DNA of 64,000 bases from Octopus sinensis. Taxonomy: Eukaryota. Below are positions 11,062-25,506 of this stretch, piece by piece. Position numbers and translations under genes: made by a program. Position 1 is the stretch's first letter. Each line of letters starts with the position of its first letter. Location: the NCBI RefSeq assembly GCF_006345805.1, contig NC_043003.1:76880001-76944000 (forward strand), in the 5' to 3' direction. The notes beneath the pieces were generated by a model. That model was not told where the DNA came from, ran no database searches, and saw only the letters and a list, made by a program, of their open reading frames with translations.

Positions 11062-12162
11062 GATATAGGTTACTATGAACTCACAAAGTATATCATATAA
11101 ATACATAATTAATCAAACACACAACACACAAAAACGCGTATCAATTTATGAATATATATATATATATGTGTGTGTGTGTGTATGTAGGTAGGTAGGTATG
11201 TATGTATGTATATATATACATGAAGGTATGTTGGTAGGTACTCTCTATTTGTGTGTGTGTGCACGCGTATACACAAGTAAGACTTCTCTATTGAAATATA
11301 TCAATACGTGTGTCTTTGTGTACCAACGCCTGCGCTCAAATTCCACATCATTGCTGCACATACCATAAATTCCATATACACACGTATAGAGATATCTGCA
11401 CCTACATATACACACACTTGAGAAGATATCGCAAAAAATAAAATCCCGATCTGTTCAAATCAATATCTCTCGCATTTTACCAATATTTTTCAGTCTGTTA
11501 AGTTGTTTCAGATATTTTTCTAATGATACTCCATAATTCAGATCACTTGTCACGAAGCATCTGAAGAATTTCACTTCCAGCTACACAGTACTACACAGAC
11601 TGATAGATAGGAAGACCGACAGGCAGACACACATACCACACACGCGCACACATATCCACACACATATAAAGATAGAGTGACCTCTGTTATTCATACAAAC
11701 ACACACTCATACATATGTGTATGTGTAAGTGTGTGTGTGTGTACGTGTGTGTGTGTGTATGTGTGTGTGTATTTGCACGGAGAAGAGAATAGGCAGGTGA
11801 GAGTGAGAGAAGTGAAATTTAAAGAGGGAAGCAGAGAGTAATATGAACCAAGAAAGAGAGGGCAGTGGAGGAGAAACTGAAAGTGAAAGCGAGAGTGGAA
11901 GTTACTTTTTCAGACTTATTTTAGATCGCCATATTGTTCTTCAGCTTCCTTTCCACTTTATATTGTTATTTTTATAACGGTATTTTTTTTTTTGCCTTAC
12001 TCTATTTCCTCTTCTCTTCATCTCGACTTTTGCTTTTTCTTCTTCATGATTATCTGTCTTTTTTTACTTCTTTTACTACTTCTTATTATTATAAGTCTTA
12101 TTACTCTTCCACACCTACACCATTTCAGTATTTTTGAAGCTTACCACACACACACGCACACG

Positions 12163-12229
<67 letters not shown>

Positions 12230-13039
12230 GTATATGCTTATACACACATATACACATTATATTATATATGTATATACATATACATACATATATATATATA
12301 TATATATTTCTATCTAAGTCCTATTATAAATTAATTTTTTCCTATTTACCAGGGTGTCGTCGTGACCAAATCGAAAGTTTGCAGACACTAGTCAATCGTA
12401 TATCAATAGTTGATGAGAAAACGTTGAAGAAATAGTTGAAGAGATAGAGGAGGCGGGAAAAGTTGGACGATAAAGTTAAGAAGAAGAAGCAGGGAGTGGA
12501 GCAGGATAATAGGGGACACTACGAAATATGTGTTTGATATATGTTTGTTCTATATGAAAGTATAAACTTAGCGAGAAATACTAAGAAATAATTGACGATC
12601 TCCTTCGTTCCTCAATTACGAAAGAAGGAACTGAGGTATTTGTATTGTGTACATCACTTCAGCCCATATATATATACGAGCAAAACGCCCCCCCCCCCGT
12701 CCAATGGACGGTGCTGAGTTGTCAAACATTTAAACCAAATTTTCTCATAACACCTTGTCCGACCGTCCTATAGTCCTCCCCTTTGAGAAACACTGATTTA
12801 ACCTAAATTTGAGACACCAGCAAATGAAGAAATAAAGACAGTCTTGTTTCCTATTCCAAAGAAAAACGATTTTATTCACACAAATATGCAACCGAAGAGT
12901 TTAAAGTACCAGTAATGATATGGCTGTTGACTGGGAGAACACAAATATGGTTTAAACAGCGAGCTTGGCAGGAAAGAAACGTGACTTTAAGCAGTAGAAA
13001 AACAACAATAAATGGAAAGTGCAGTTATGTACAGGTTGA

Positions 13040-13235
13040 CGGAAGAAAAGCAGGACAAAAACAGCTTTATCGATCGCATTCTCACCTGGAATCGATTTTT
13101 GTAATTTTTTCAAGACTTATTACCCCTTGAAACCGTCGATATCAACATATCAAATTTGACCGGCGCAATCGGATGGAGGATGCTCGAAATCCTAGAAGAC
13201 ACACACAGACAGACAGAACGGATTTTATATTATAT
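13040..13235 (+). mobile_element. Possible 3' end of a Helentron/DINE-like non-autonomous element
   Basis: Ends in ACAGACAGACAG...TTTTATATTATATA, like the 16681 element's 3' architecture; weak. Confidence 0.3.
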
Positions 13236-13921
13236 ATATATATATATATATAAAAACTTGTTCAACTCAACCAAAAGAGAAACCTGAACCTGGCCAATGT
13301 TCCGCAAATCTGTTGTACCAAGAACATAATAAGCCACAAAAACATCTGTATGAATGACCAAGGAAGAAATCTGTAAAAGGTATCGTTCTCAGGAGTTTAA
13401 AATTTCTATGAGATATTTAGCTGTTACTCTTTGGGTCGAGATATGCGGAAAATTTTGAAATTTATCTTATTAGATCATTAGCTGAATCATATTTAGATAC
13501 AATACTAGTTGTCTCATAGCATTTAATTGAACTGATGAAATCCATTAGAGAATCTATCTACATGCACCTATTTGCTGAAAAAGATAAATATTGCACAAAC
13601 TAAACACAGAGCAATATACTCGAAACTATGTAGAAATACTGCGAAAACTTACATAGATGAAAGCCTTAAAACTGAAAATATAATTAACAGCAAAATAAAA
13701 TTGCAAGCGTTCCACTTATAAATAGATAACAGTATCGAACGTCTAAACATTCACTTGCCACTACATCAAAGAGCAATGAAAATTTTATTTATCCAGCCCC
13801 AAATTTACACTAATGAACCAAAAAAGAAAAAAAAAAATTAGCATATTTAGCAAATACATTTTTGACTCCATAATGTGATTCTCCCCTTCACACGCACGTG
13901 TACCGCCAATTAAATACCAAC

Positions 13922-13956
<35 letters not shown>

Positions 13957-15646
13957 CCAGTTTTTTAATGTATACATTACGTAAACATTATCATGCGCCC
14001 GCACGTAGATGGCATTTTAAACGACAGTGATCATCAGCATATTGAGAAAAAAATAAAGACTGATGCTATCTGATTGGTTTTAAATTTGTTTTCAGCACAC
14101 AAGTAGGTAGTCACGTGGCCCTCAGCGCTATTTGTTATTCAACACGCATCAGAGGAAATTATAGATTGACCTCCATATCACCATTGATTGAGTGTCAGTG
14201 CAAAGAATTCTAAATATATTTAGGGATCAAGAGATGAAGAATTGAGTATATAACATGAAAATCACCAGTTACACTAAATATTTCTACTTTTCAATCAAAG
14301 TAGAATATCAAAATTGATTAAAATGCTTTGTTTATATTTTGGTTTGTTTTGTTTGTCATTTTGGCACAGTACGTATACTTTCTTATCACACATACTCAGC
14401 TATATGCTCTTCTTGCAGAAGGTGCCCCTCGATAATGCTCTCGCGTCATTATTTTATGCTATCGAACTAGTGAGTCTGTTAAGAATCTGTACTAAGTATT
14501 AAGAACTAAGAAATTACACCTTCTCTAAGTCATTCTGTTTTTGGAAAGACTAGAACTATTTCACTGAGGAGGCGTCATAATAAATATATGTACAGAGACG
14601 CGAGTAGATTTACAAAGACCGTACTCTCTATATTGTATCATCATCTTCAATTCTCAATGAAGTTGTATTTGGGAGTTAACCTCCTTGTTTAACAAAAAAT
14701 TCATTAAGAATGTAATTAGAATTAATAATTTCATCCTTAGACTGTACTTATTTCGATATTTAGGCACAACTCCTAAGAATTTTAATATTGAATACTTCCT
14801 AATTAAAAAAAAAATTTATCCTAAGAATTTTAATATAGACACAGTTTATGTATGATCGTTTCATTCTTTTAATCTTTTACTTGTTTCAATCATTTGATTG
14901 CGGCCATGCTGGAACACCGCGTTCAATAAGTTTTGTTTAGAAACAATGTGATTATCTGCTACAGTAACAAACGCAATTATAAAATCCTTGTCTGTTATTT
15001 CTCTATACTTTGTAGTATACATTGGATTCTAAGAGTGAGTGAACGAAACAGTAGGCCGATTGTGTAACCCTGTTTGCGATACATATGCCAAATAAATAGT
15101 AGATTCTTATCTTCTGCACAGTTCTAACACATGAGTCTAATAATACATTTTACGTTGTTTCACATAAAATTAAAGAAATTTAATTATATATAAAAGGTGT
15201 GTCTATGTATGTGTGTGTGTATGTGTGTATGTGTGCATGTGTGCGTACCATATATCGATATGTACAGATTTCAAGTATATTTACAAGAAATTCAAACGCC
15301 CACACACACACACACACACACACACATATTATATATATGTATACATGCATATGTGCGTGTACGAACGAGTGATTGGACGAACGGAAGGAATCGGCACTGA
15401 GTAGGTTTGGTATACGTTACACATATTCTTTCATAACTGCTTGATTCGGCTCCATGTATCATGAATTTTGTTTGCTCGTCAAACGAATCTACGTATGCAG
15501 GCTCATAGATATCAAATCAAACTGCTAATAAATTATATATATATGAATATATATATTTATCTATATATATATATATATAAAATTCAAATTACGATGAACG
15601 TAAACAAACAAGCGAAGTTTGCTTTAGAAGCGTTGAGATATCTTAG

Positions 15647-15996
15647 AAAGTTAAAGAAGTGATCTTAAATTCTCAAACGCAGGATAATGCTAATAATATA
15701 GCCTGAAGAGGATAAGCTACCCCTATTTTGTAGAAAATAGGGTGTTGGCGGCCGGCTATAAGACACGAACTCACACCTCCGTGATTACGCGGAGCGGTGC
15801 TCTGAGCCAACTAAGCTAAGCCGCCCACACGAGAAATGCGTCCACGAATTTAAGATATATAGAAATCTCACTTTATGTGACGCTATCATACGTTAAATTC
15901 AAATTACGATTAACGTAAACAAAGAAACGAATTTCAGGCTATATTATTATTAGCATTACCCTGCGTTTGAGAATTTAAAATCACTTCTTTAACTTT
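15647..15996. repeat. ~60-bp inverted repeat pair (15647-15707 / 15933-15996) enclosing the tRNA-like sequence
   Basis: Arms are reverse complements with a few substitutions and a 3-nt indel. Confidence 0.85.
15745..15825 (-). tRNA. tRNA-like sequence, probably a pseudogene or SINE head; isotype unclear (Thr/Ile-like)
   Basis: GGCGGCTTAGCTTAGTTGGCTCAGAGC...GTGAGTTCGTGTCTTATAGCCGGCC has A-box and B-box-like motifs, a T-arm and an imperfect acceptor stem. The anticodon arm is non-canonical. A TTTT run follows downstream. Confidence 0.45.
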
Positions 15997-16074
15997 ATAT
16001 ATAGATTATTTACATTATTTACATTTGGCGGGTATTTGTTCTTATCTTAGTTAGTTAGTTAATTTTGGCTCTTG

Positions 16075-16230
16075 TTTGTTGATAACACAACGTTCCGGTT
16101 GATATATCCTCCAGCCTTCATCGGGTGTCTTGGGGAAATTTCGAACCTGGGATCTCATTCCTAAGGTATTTTTCCTAAAGTATTATTCAGGTCCCTGCCT
16201 GGAATCGAACTCGGAGTCTTGGGGTTGCAG
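16075..16230 (-). mobile_element. Degenerate copy of the hammerhead-bearing repeat seen at 25290-25460
   Basis: Minus strand GACACCCGATGAAGGCTGGAGGATATATCAACCGGAACGTTGTGTT; catalytic core mutated. Confidence 0.7.
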
Positions 16231-16680
16231 GTGTATCTCGTCGGGTGATAGATAAATACAACTCGTTAAAATGACTGTTCCAAATGTAACTTTCCGTTTT
16301 GTAGAAAAAAAAAAGCAGCCAGACGGAGTAAACTTAAGTCATCCATACCTAAAAGTAAATTGAATTAATAAAATTTCTGAACGACTCTCGGAGATGCCTA
16401 CAGACACATGCACACACTCAGTCACTAATAGTTACAATTGAATTTTTCTTTCAGATTTTAAATTTCGTCTAGCGACCATCCTTATTTTATGAGTGTGTGT
16501 GAGTGTGTGTGTGTCTGTATGTGTATATATGTGTATATATGTTTGTGCGTATGTGTCTGTACGTGTGTGTATAAAATATGGAGAAAAGAGGCGGTATGTG
16601 TTCATATCCATAGGATGACGATCAACTAGTTAAATAAATAAATATGGTCATCTCATGCCGCTTCTCTTTCTTTATATTTT

Positions 16681-17080
16681 ACTAGCAGTATCGCCCTGCG
16701 TTGCTCGGGTTTGTAAGGGAAATAACTATATAAGCATTTTTAGAGAGTTATAGCCAAAAAAATAGCAAAAAAATGCATCAAAAATGGAAACAAAATTATG
16801 GTAAATTTTTTTTTAAATCGTTGACTCATCGTAGACATTTTTAGAGAGTTACTTCCCTTATATAATAGCGAAAAAATGCATTAAAATGGAAAAAAATGAT
16901 GGTAATTTTTTTTTTAAATCGTAGACTCATCGTAGACGCGCGCTAATACCCAGATGGGCTCGAAATGAATCACGACTATAAGATACCCGGTTTTGGTTAC
17001 ACTGCACCGCAAAATGTGGGAGTTGTTAGGAATCTAAATCGTAGGAGACAGACACACAACTTTACTTTTATATATAAAGA
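16681..17080 (+). mobile_element. Helentron-associated (HINE/DINE-1-like) non-autonomous element with internal ~100-bp tandem duplication
   Basis: Starts ACTAGC..GCCCTGCGTTGCTCGGG after a T-run; ends ACAGACACAC...TTTTATATATAAAGA. Confidence 0.55.
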
Positions 17081-17285
17081 AATACTTATCATGAGATAAT
17101 GATTAATTATTGGATATACTGGATTTCAACTGCATTGGTCTATACACCCCACTGTTTAGGTTTACAATTCTTTTTTCAGCTTGATCCGCTGAAGGAGCTT
17201 TATTGCGGGTACCGCTGGAGTAGTTACATCCTTATATTTTGCATTAAATTTATATATATATATATATTATATATATATATATATT

Positions 17286-17327
<42 letters not shown>

Positions 17328-17438
17328 GTGTGTGTGTAAGTATGTATGTATGTACGGATGTATGTATGTATGTATGTATGTATGTATGTATGTATGTATG
17401 TATGCATGCATGTATGTATGTAAATACATATGTATATA

Positions 17439-17523
<85 letters not shown>

Positions 17524-17617
17524 TGCATACGTACATAAAGCAAGAAAATATATTCGACAATGAAAATAAAATTACCAAAAGTGCGAAGTGAAGAGAGTAG
17601 ATCTATCACAGGAAAAT

Positions 17618-17717
17618 TTTAATAATAATAATAATAATAATAACAACAACAACAACAACAATAACAACAACAACAACAACAACAACAGTAGTAGTAGTAG
17701 TAGTAGTAGTAGTAGCT

Positions 17718-17789
<72 letters not shown>

Positions 17790-17790
17790 T
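17618..17790. repeat. Compound (AAT)n(AAC)n(AGT)n microsatellite
   Basis: Direct reading. Confidence 0.95.
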
Positions 17791-18049
17791 TTCAAATGAG
17801 ACTTTGGTCGATAAACCTGTCAGAAAATATATATATATAACAAAGATAAAACTGATGAACATTCCACCAAATATACAAACAGCGTCATTATATATTGATA
17901 AGCAGCTATAGAATTTGAAGATATTAGGAAAAAAGCTGTCAATGCAAACGGTGTCAAATTCAATATTGTCAAAGAGTTTCCAGGTATTAATCGAGCCATC
18001 TGTAACAGAGCGTAGGCCACGGGGTTGTGAAGGTGATTTAGAGAGAGAG

Positions 18050-18115
<66 letters not shown>

Positions 18116-18376
18116 GGAGAGATAAGGTTCTCTCTGATGAGTGCCGGATTATTTATTGATGATTGTAGCAGTTTTTCATTGGTTGATTTAATATTTTCGA
18201 AATACACGATTGATTCAAAATGCACACATACGCAAACAACATACACACGTCAACGATCACACATATAGGCGATTGTTAATAGAAACCCACACAAATACAG
18301 TTACAGGGAAATACATACAAATCAAACAATCAAAGAAATACACACATTATTTCATATCTGTACGTGTGTATATATA

Positions 18377-18411
<35 letters not shown>

Positions 18412-18684
18412 TAGATATACACGCATATATATACATACATATACACCCATATATATATATATATATATTCATACACATACGCACATATATATATATACAT
18501 ACATACACACATAGACATACATCTGTACATATAATAGATAAAATGATATATGGATACAACGCCCATCAAATGCCACACGCGCGCTAGCGAGCCGCACACA
18601 CTTGTTTATAACTGTGTGTATGTGTAAATATATAAGAATATGTATTTGGTGCAACAATCAGGAGAAATGCTTTTCAATAAATAA

Positions 18685-18733
<49 letters not shown>

Positions 18734-19399
18734 ATTATATGTATGTATATATATACATATATATATATGTATGTATATATATATATATATATATGCTTTA
18801 ATATTTTTAATCGGCAAAACCTTACAAAAGTCAAGTTGCAAGAGTTTTTTGTACATGCCAATAGTTTTGAATAGTATTGATTACTTGCTGTTTATTAAAA
18901 ATCATGTGTGTGGAAATGTGTAGCCATTACATTTATATATGGAGAGAGAGGAACTGAGAGACATATACGCATATATATATATATATATATGCACACATGT
19001 TTATGTAAATATATATATATATATATATATACGCTTACGCATAAATGCATGCACACATACATACTTAAGTACGTACATACACATGCACAAATACATAGTT
19101 CTACTAAAAGTAATGCGAAAGTTAGCAAAACTATTTATTAGATCGTTGAAATTTATATATATGGATAGAGTAAGTATTCCTCGTCTGTATGATACTTCTC
19201 TCTCACCTGCGGTGCATTAGCATCAACGCTTAACAAAACTATCGTGTCCTCTTTAAAAATTCCAGTTAAGCTTTGTTCTGTCCACTCCTCACAGCCACCT
19301 GCTAACGTTCATTCCAGATGGAAGGGGACGGTTGTAATAGCACTTTGAACACATCTCACGTAACACAGCTTGTAACAACTGAATAACTTGCACAATACA

Positions 19400-19850
19400 G
19401 TCGGGAGTCGAAGACAACTTGCAAGCTCATTATGCAAAAATGTATGATGACCCCCTTTTTTGGTAGCAAGATCAACAAAGGCTACTTTGTGGAGGTATCG
19501 GGTTCAGAAAGTAATTTCGTTGCAAAAGACCAGCGCACATGCATCAGGACAATACCGCAGTCCACAATTCCTTCCTGATAACCAACTACTCGACAGTGAT
19601 GGGCACTAAAACAGTCTCTCATCCTCCCTACAGGTCTAGATCTTGTTCCATGTAACTTTTGGTTGTTCCTGTAGATGAGGAAAACGATGCAGGTCTCTGT
19701 CATAAGGGTTCTGAACACCATCACTCTGGCGAATTCCACGGGGCCGTCAGATAGTGGGTGGAGCACTACAAATGCATTGAAGTCAGAAGGTGCTACTTCT
19801 GTGAAATTAATCTCCCCTGAAAAAAAAATCTCAAATATCCTGTAATCCAA
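19400..19850 (+). mobile_element. Mariner transposase pseudogene fragment (C-terminal half)
   Basis: HQDNTAVHNSFLIT, HPPY / LDLVPCNFWLF and KCIEVRRCYF correspond to the mariner HQDNA, HPPYSPDLAPCDFWLF and KCI..G.YF motifs. Confidence 0.8.
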
Positions 19851-19864
19851 AGTTGTTTATATAT

Positions 19865-20753
19865 ATCCATACATACATACATACATACATACATACATAC
19901 ATACATACATACATACATGCATATATACATACATACACACATACATACATACATACATGCATGCATACATGCATACATACATACATACATACATACATAC
20001 ATACATACATACATACATACATACATGCATATATACATACATACATACATACATACATGCATGCATACATGCATACATACATACATACATACATACATGC
20101 ACATACATACATACATACATACATACATACAGCATACATACATACATACATACATACATACATACATGCATACTACATACATACATACATACATACATAC
20201 ATACATACATCATACATACATACATACATGCATGCATACATACATACATACATACATACATGCATACATACATACATATACATACATACATACATACATA
20301 CATACATACATACATACATACACACATACACACATACATACATACATACATACATACATACATACATACATACATACATACATACATACATACATACATA
20401 CATACAGGCATACATACATACATACATACATACATACATACATGCATACATACATACATACATACATACATACATACATACATACATACATACATGCATG
20501 CATGCATACATACATACATACATACATGCATACATACATACATACATACATACATACATACATACATACACACATACACACATACACACATACATACATA
20601 CATACATACATACATACATACATACATACATACATACATACACACATACATACATACATACATACATACACACATACATACATACACACATACACACATA
20701 CATACATACATACATACACACATACACACATACACACTACATACATACATACA

Positions 20754-20787
<34 letters not shown>

Positions 20788-20800
20788 CATGCATATATAC
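19865..20800. repeat. ~930-bp (CATA)n microsatellite
   Basis: Direct reading; source of the long IHTY/MYVC ORFs. Confidence 0.98.
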
Positions 20801-20929
20801 AGCACACATAATTTCCACACCAACAGTGACGTAGACCGCCTTTAACTAAAACGAAGACAAAGCTGCAGAGGCTTAATATCGATCGTGACTGCCTTTGAAT
20901 GTCGTATCATATTCCTTCAGCAACATCTA

Positions 20930-21500
20930 TTGACCAACGTCCCAGTAAAAACCTCAATAAAATGTTAACACAACAGATCTGGCAATGATTTTGGATAGAG
21001 AGGGCGAAACTGTGAACGGTTGTAGAAATTAGCTACCCAGCAGATGTTAACATAAAGATGAAGATCAGTGAAAAGAGAATACCTACGCTGAACTATTGAG
21101 AAATATCCAGTTACTCTATCCAGATTACAACTTCCGGTTTCTACCTATAATTATTGGGGCACTGGGATATATAACACACTGCCTGAATACTGATCTTAAG
21201 AAATTAGTCTTCTCAAAACCAGAAAGGTTGATTCGAAGACTACATATCCAAGCAATCACTGGAACTGTAAGAATCTGTAAAACTTTCCAGTTTATCATTT
21301 AAGTATATATGAGCATGTCTAGATATGATGTATATGCATAAGAATACACACATAAAATAAAACATACAAACCTGCACGTATACATAAATACAAAAATACC
21401 CTTTTGATGTTGAAATTGCAATGAAGGAGCTTTGAATCTAGGTTAGAAACCGGTTCTTTCTCTGTTGGCAATCAATCTTCAAATAAATCAGAATAATGAC
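20930..21500 (+). mobile_element. 3' end of a non-LTR retrotransposon with restriction-like endonuclease (R2/R4/NeSL-type), degenerate
   Basis: HNR(PD)..WDREG, VEISYPADVNI and LLRNIQLLYPDYNFRFLPIIIGALGY...AITGTVRICKTF fit the RLE PD-(D/E)xK C-terminus. Confidence 0.75.
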
Positions 21501-21600
21501 ATAAATACATAAATGACAGAAAATGAAGTGAACAATATTCTTTGATTATCGGAAATATATTTAACTCTGTGTATGTGTGTGTGAGTGTATGTCTGTGTGC

Positions 21601-21645
<45 letters not shown>

Positions 21646-22504
21646 CGCTTGTGTGCGTTGTATTTATGTATACAAGTTTGCGCAAACATGGCACCAGATC
21701 AGAGTTAGACTGAGGTTATGATGCGTATGTGCCAGTTGCCTGCATGACACCCTCCTAGACATAATGTGTAATTATATCAGGGTCCCTAATGAAGGACGTA
21801 AATTTCCTTAATTAGGGAATTTTAAAACCGCTTTCTTAACAAGGTTGTCTAGGATTCTATGTAAATAACCATCCTTGAATCTGTATTAGAACATCTCCAA
21901 ACAACAACGCCAGAATAGCTTTGAAATTTACGCAATGACATGGTATGAACACACGCATACACATATACACACTCACAAGAGCATATATTTACATAAACAC
22001 ATACATATTATACCCGCAAACAAATACAATAACGCATGCAATTGTGAACGTAAGCGCATTCAGTATATCATTGGCAATGATGCGATTCCTTCATGACAAA
22101 AAAATATGCACAGCAATGTTAGGTGCTAACCTGTTTAATATTTCTATTGCAGGATCAGCCATTTTAAAGGCGCTTACTAAACAATTAAGTCAGTAAAATA
22201 ACAGATACTGATTTTTGAAAAATGTTGCAAAAACAGACAAAACTATATTTAAAAAAGAAAAAAAAGGAAAAAAAAAACTATGCCGACAATTTTTAATAAT
22301 GTTTAGTTTATTTTAGTTTATTTTAACTTATTTTTCTATTTTTCTTTTCAGATTCAGAGTCTCTGATGTTGAAAACATTATAAAATGTGAAAACTGTTTT
22401 TATAACAAAGGCATAAAAAACATTAGAGGAAAGGGTGCATGATCCGATAGTCAGTCATATACATATATATCTATATCTATTATATATATATATATATATA
22501 TATA

Positions 22505-22545
<41 letters not shown>

Positions 22546-22580
22546 TATATATTATATATATATATATCTATATATATATA

Positions 22581-22615
<35 letters not shown>

Positions 22616-22692
22616 GATATATATATATATATAATATATATACATACATGTATACATATGTATAATATATATATATATACATACATGTATAC

Positions 22693-22736
<44 letters not shown>

Positions 22737-23726
22737 GCACAGTCATACACTCACGCTCATATATTTATATACTAGCTTACATATCCATATATACATATAT
22801 ATGTATATATATATATAAATATATATATACTGTACATATATGTATATACTGCACACACATGTATAGGTATGTGTATATATGTGAAAGGTATAAAAGGAAA
22901 GAGCAACAAACCACAACAGTGGTGGACTAAAGAAGAAATAAATAAAATACTGAACAAAAGAAGATAACAGCGACATCAAAACAGTAGAAAAGCTGTTAAT
23001 GGGTTTATGGTGAGACTGAAAGTGTTAGATGCTTTTTATATGTGCTTTGGACAGAGTCATAACAGCAGTGATTGACAGCGAATATTGCTTTCAGTAATAG
23101 TTGCTGCTGCAGGTATTCTTTGTGGTGCTGGTAGAGATGATAGAGGAAGTGAAGATACTAGAAGTGCTTGCTACTTTAGGTTCTCTTCTTCTCGCATTGC
23201 ACATCTAAACAGAGTTCACACTATCAGTTCGCCACATCCATCCATGCGCACATACACATTCTCTATATGCCTGTCTGTCTATCTCCGTCTTTGTCTCTCA
23301 TTTTCTCTCTCTGTCTCTCTGTCTCTGCTTCTCATAGACACACAGATACACATACATATGCATACACCCACAGGCACACAAACACAGGTACCAATCTCCT
23401 TCTTCCTCCATTTCTCTAGAATCTGTGTGAAAACGAAGCACAACTCAATACATGCGTTAACTAAAGCATACGTATATTTATCGTACATATTTATGCATAT
23501 ATACGTGTGCAAATGTATATATGTAAACATATACATACATATTTATATGTATCTATATATGCACCATATATATATATACATACATACACATATACATACA
23601 TACACATATACATACATATACACACACATATATATATATGCGCGAATGTGTGTTTATGTGTATGTGTGGGTATGAATATATAAATATATGTAGACATATA
23701 CATATATATATGTATATATATACATA

Positions 23727-23820
<94 letters not shown>

Positions 23821-25289
23821 GAGTAAAGAATATGAGTATGTTTGTGTATATATAGAGACGTGTAATATAATCGACTTTTACGAGCGGTTTTTTTAGTGAT
23901 TTCAGTACTTCATTTTCGGTTTCGTTCGACATGTATTTAGTAGCTCTTTCATATATTTGCATTGCAGAAGTATAACCAGGCATCGAAAGAAGGTGATGTT
24001 ACGGTTACGAGTCCAAGAGTGTCTACACGTCCTGTGAAAATTAGCGCTATTCTAAACTTTCCGAGAAATATATTCATACATACGACAAAAACCTCGACGG
24101 CCGTGTATGTATTTTTAAAATCTCGTGAAATACTCTTTGGTCAGACTGTCTTTGTTCACAGAATCTTTATGTGATATAGTTTCGATAATGCTCTTGTATT
24201 TATAGTTAGAATTGCACGTGAGATATATGGAACATGGATGTAAAAGCTTTTAAGTGAGGAAACTATTGTGCCGCATTTAACTATCAATATAAACATGCCT
24301 TTCAGCGAAATTCCATTTCTATATCAGCCGAAAATGCTATTAGGTCCAACTGTTTCTCTGCATTATAGATATCTCCCGTGTAGGTCATTAGATCGAGAAC
24401 AAAGAAATTCAGTTGCATTGGTGTTTCTTGGTGTTGTAGATACTAGCATATACGCATCGGTTAGTATACAGACATCGATACACGTATACATGTACACAGA
24501 CGCATGTGTGTGTATGTATTCACAAATGCTTACATACAAACTCACACATGTAATACATACGTACATACACACACATACATGCATACGTACATACATATAC
24601 ATATGTGTGTGTGTGTGTATACATATGTATTTGTATATATATATATATGTGTGTCTGTGTGTGTGTATGTATGTATGTATGTATGTATGTATGTATGTAT
24701 GTATTCAATCAACCATTGAATCAAAATCCATTTTCTAAGAAAGATGTAGCTGCACAGCAGTAAATGCAACTTCGTTCCTCTATCATTCCAGATCATGAAT
24801 GTGCAGGTTCAAACCTACCCGATGCGAATTTGGATTCTGCTGCGTTTGTATGCTGAGTTTCAGTGGGCAAATAACCAGTTGACATCTATTTCTTCACCCA
24901 GTAAACTGATTCCATGATACCAAGTAATACATACAACCTGATCTAATCAATATCGTATATCCTAACCATCTTCATTGTTTTTATCTACTTTAAATTTTTT
25001 TCTGTATGAGCTTGTGTCAGAATAAATTTATTCTCTAACTGATTTAACGTGGAGGTCGACGGTTCATAGTTTAACTCATTTTAACTCATTTAAGATTCTA
25101 AAAGTGTATATTGTACATAACAAAGAAAACAGCATAATCGAAAAATACTCCAGCAGCACAGGAAGCATTCCATTGAGGGTAAAAGAGCCTTTCAGCCGAG
25201 AACAATTGTTGAAATTCTTCAGATCCACAGTTCTATATTTAAGAGATGAGGAATTATGTACATTATTTACATTCGACGGATATTCATCT

Positions 25290-25462
25290 TCATCTTGTTT
25301 GTTGGTAATACAACTTTTCGGCTGATATACCCTCCAGTCTTCTTCATGTGTCATGGGGAAATACCTTAGGAATGAGAACCCAGGTTCGAAATTTCCCTAA
25401 GACACCTGAAGAAGGCTGGAGGGTATATCAGCCGAAACGGTGTGTTAACAACAAACAAGATG
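25290..25462. mobile_element. Inverted pair of hammerhead-bearing repeat units (PLE/retrozyme-like)
   Basis: Left arm ~25290-25350 is the reverse complement of right arm ~25395-25460. Confidence 0.75.
25401..25446 (+). ncRNA. Minimal type I hammerhead ribozyme motif
   Basis: GACAC-CTGAAGA-A-GGCTG(GAGGGTATAT)CAGCC-GAAA-CGGT-GTGTT. Stems I and II pair. The stem III palindrome is mutated relative to the ACGT seen in the 16084 copy. Confidence 0.6.
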
Positions 25463-25506
25463 AGTATTGTAGGACGTCTGAATTTTCGGGGAGATGAAGT
25501 ATAGGC

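Noticed and set aside
12353-12435. Possible terminal exon GCRRDQIESLQTLVNRISIVDEKTLKK*
   Set aside because: Acceptor is plausible, but no recognisable domain or partner exons.
17572-18246. 224-aa poly-Leu ORF and poly-Asn/Ser ORF on the opposite strand
   Set aside because: Trinucleotide and (GA)n microsatellites.
19793-20845. Long ORFs of 184-330 aa (IHTY/MYVC)
   Set aside because: Pure (CATA)n microsatellite translation; the same applies to the (TA)n, (CA)n and (GATA)n ORFs elsewhere.
24300-24445. Minus-strand frame YLQHQETPMQLNFFVLDLMTYTGD... after a CTAAC branch-like site
   Set aside because: Weak pyrimidine tract, no donor before the stop, and no family match recognised.
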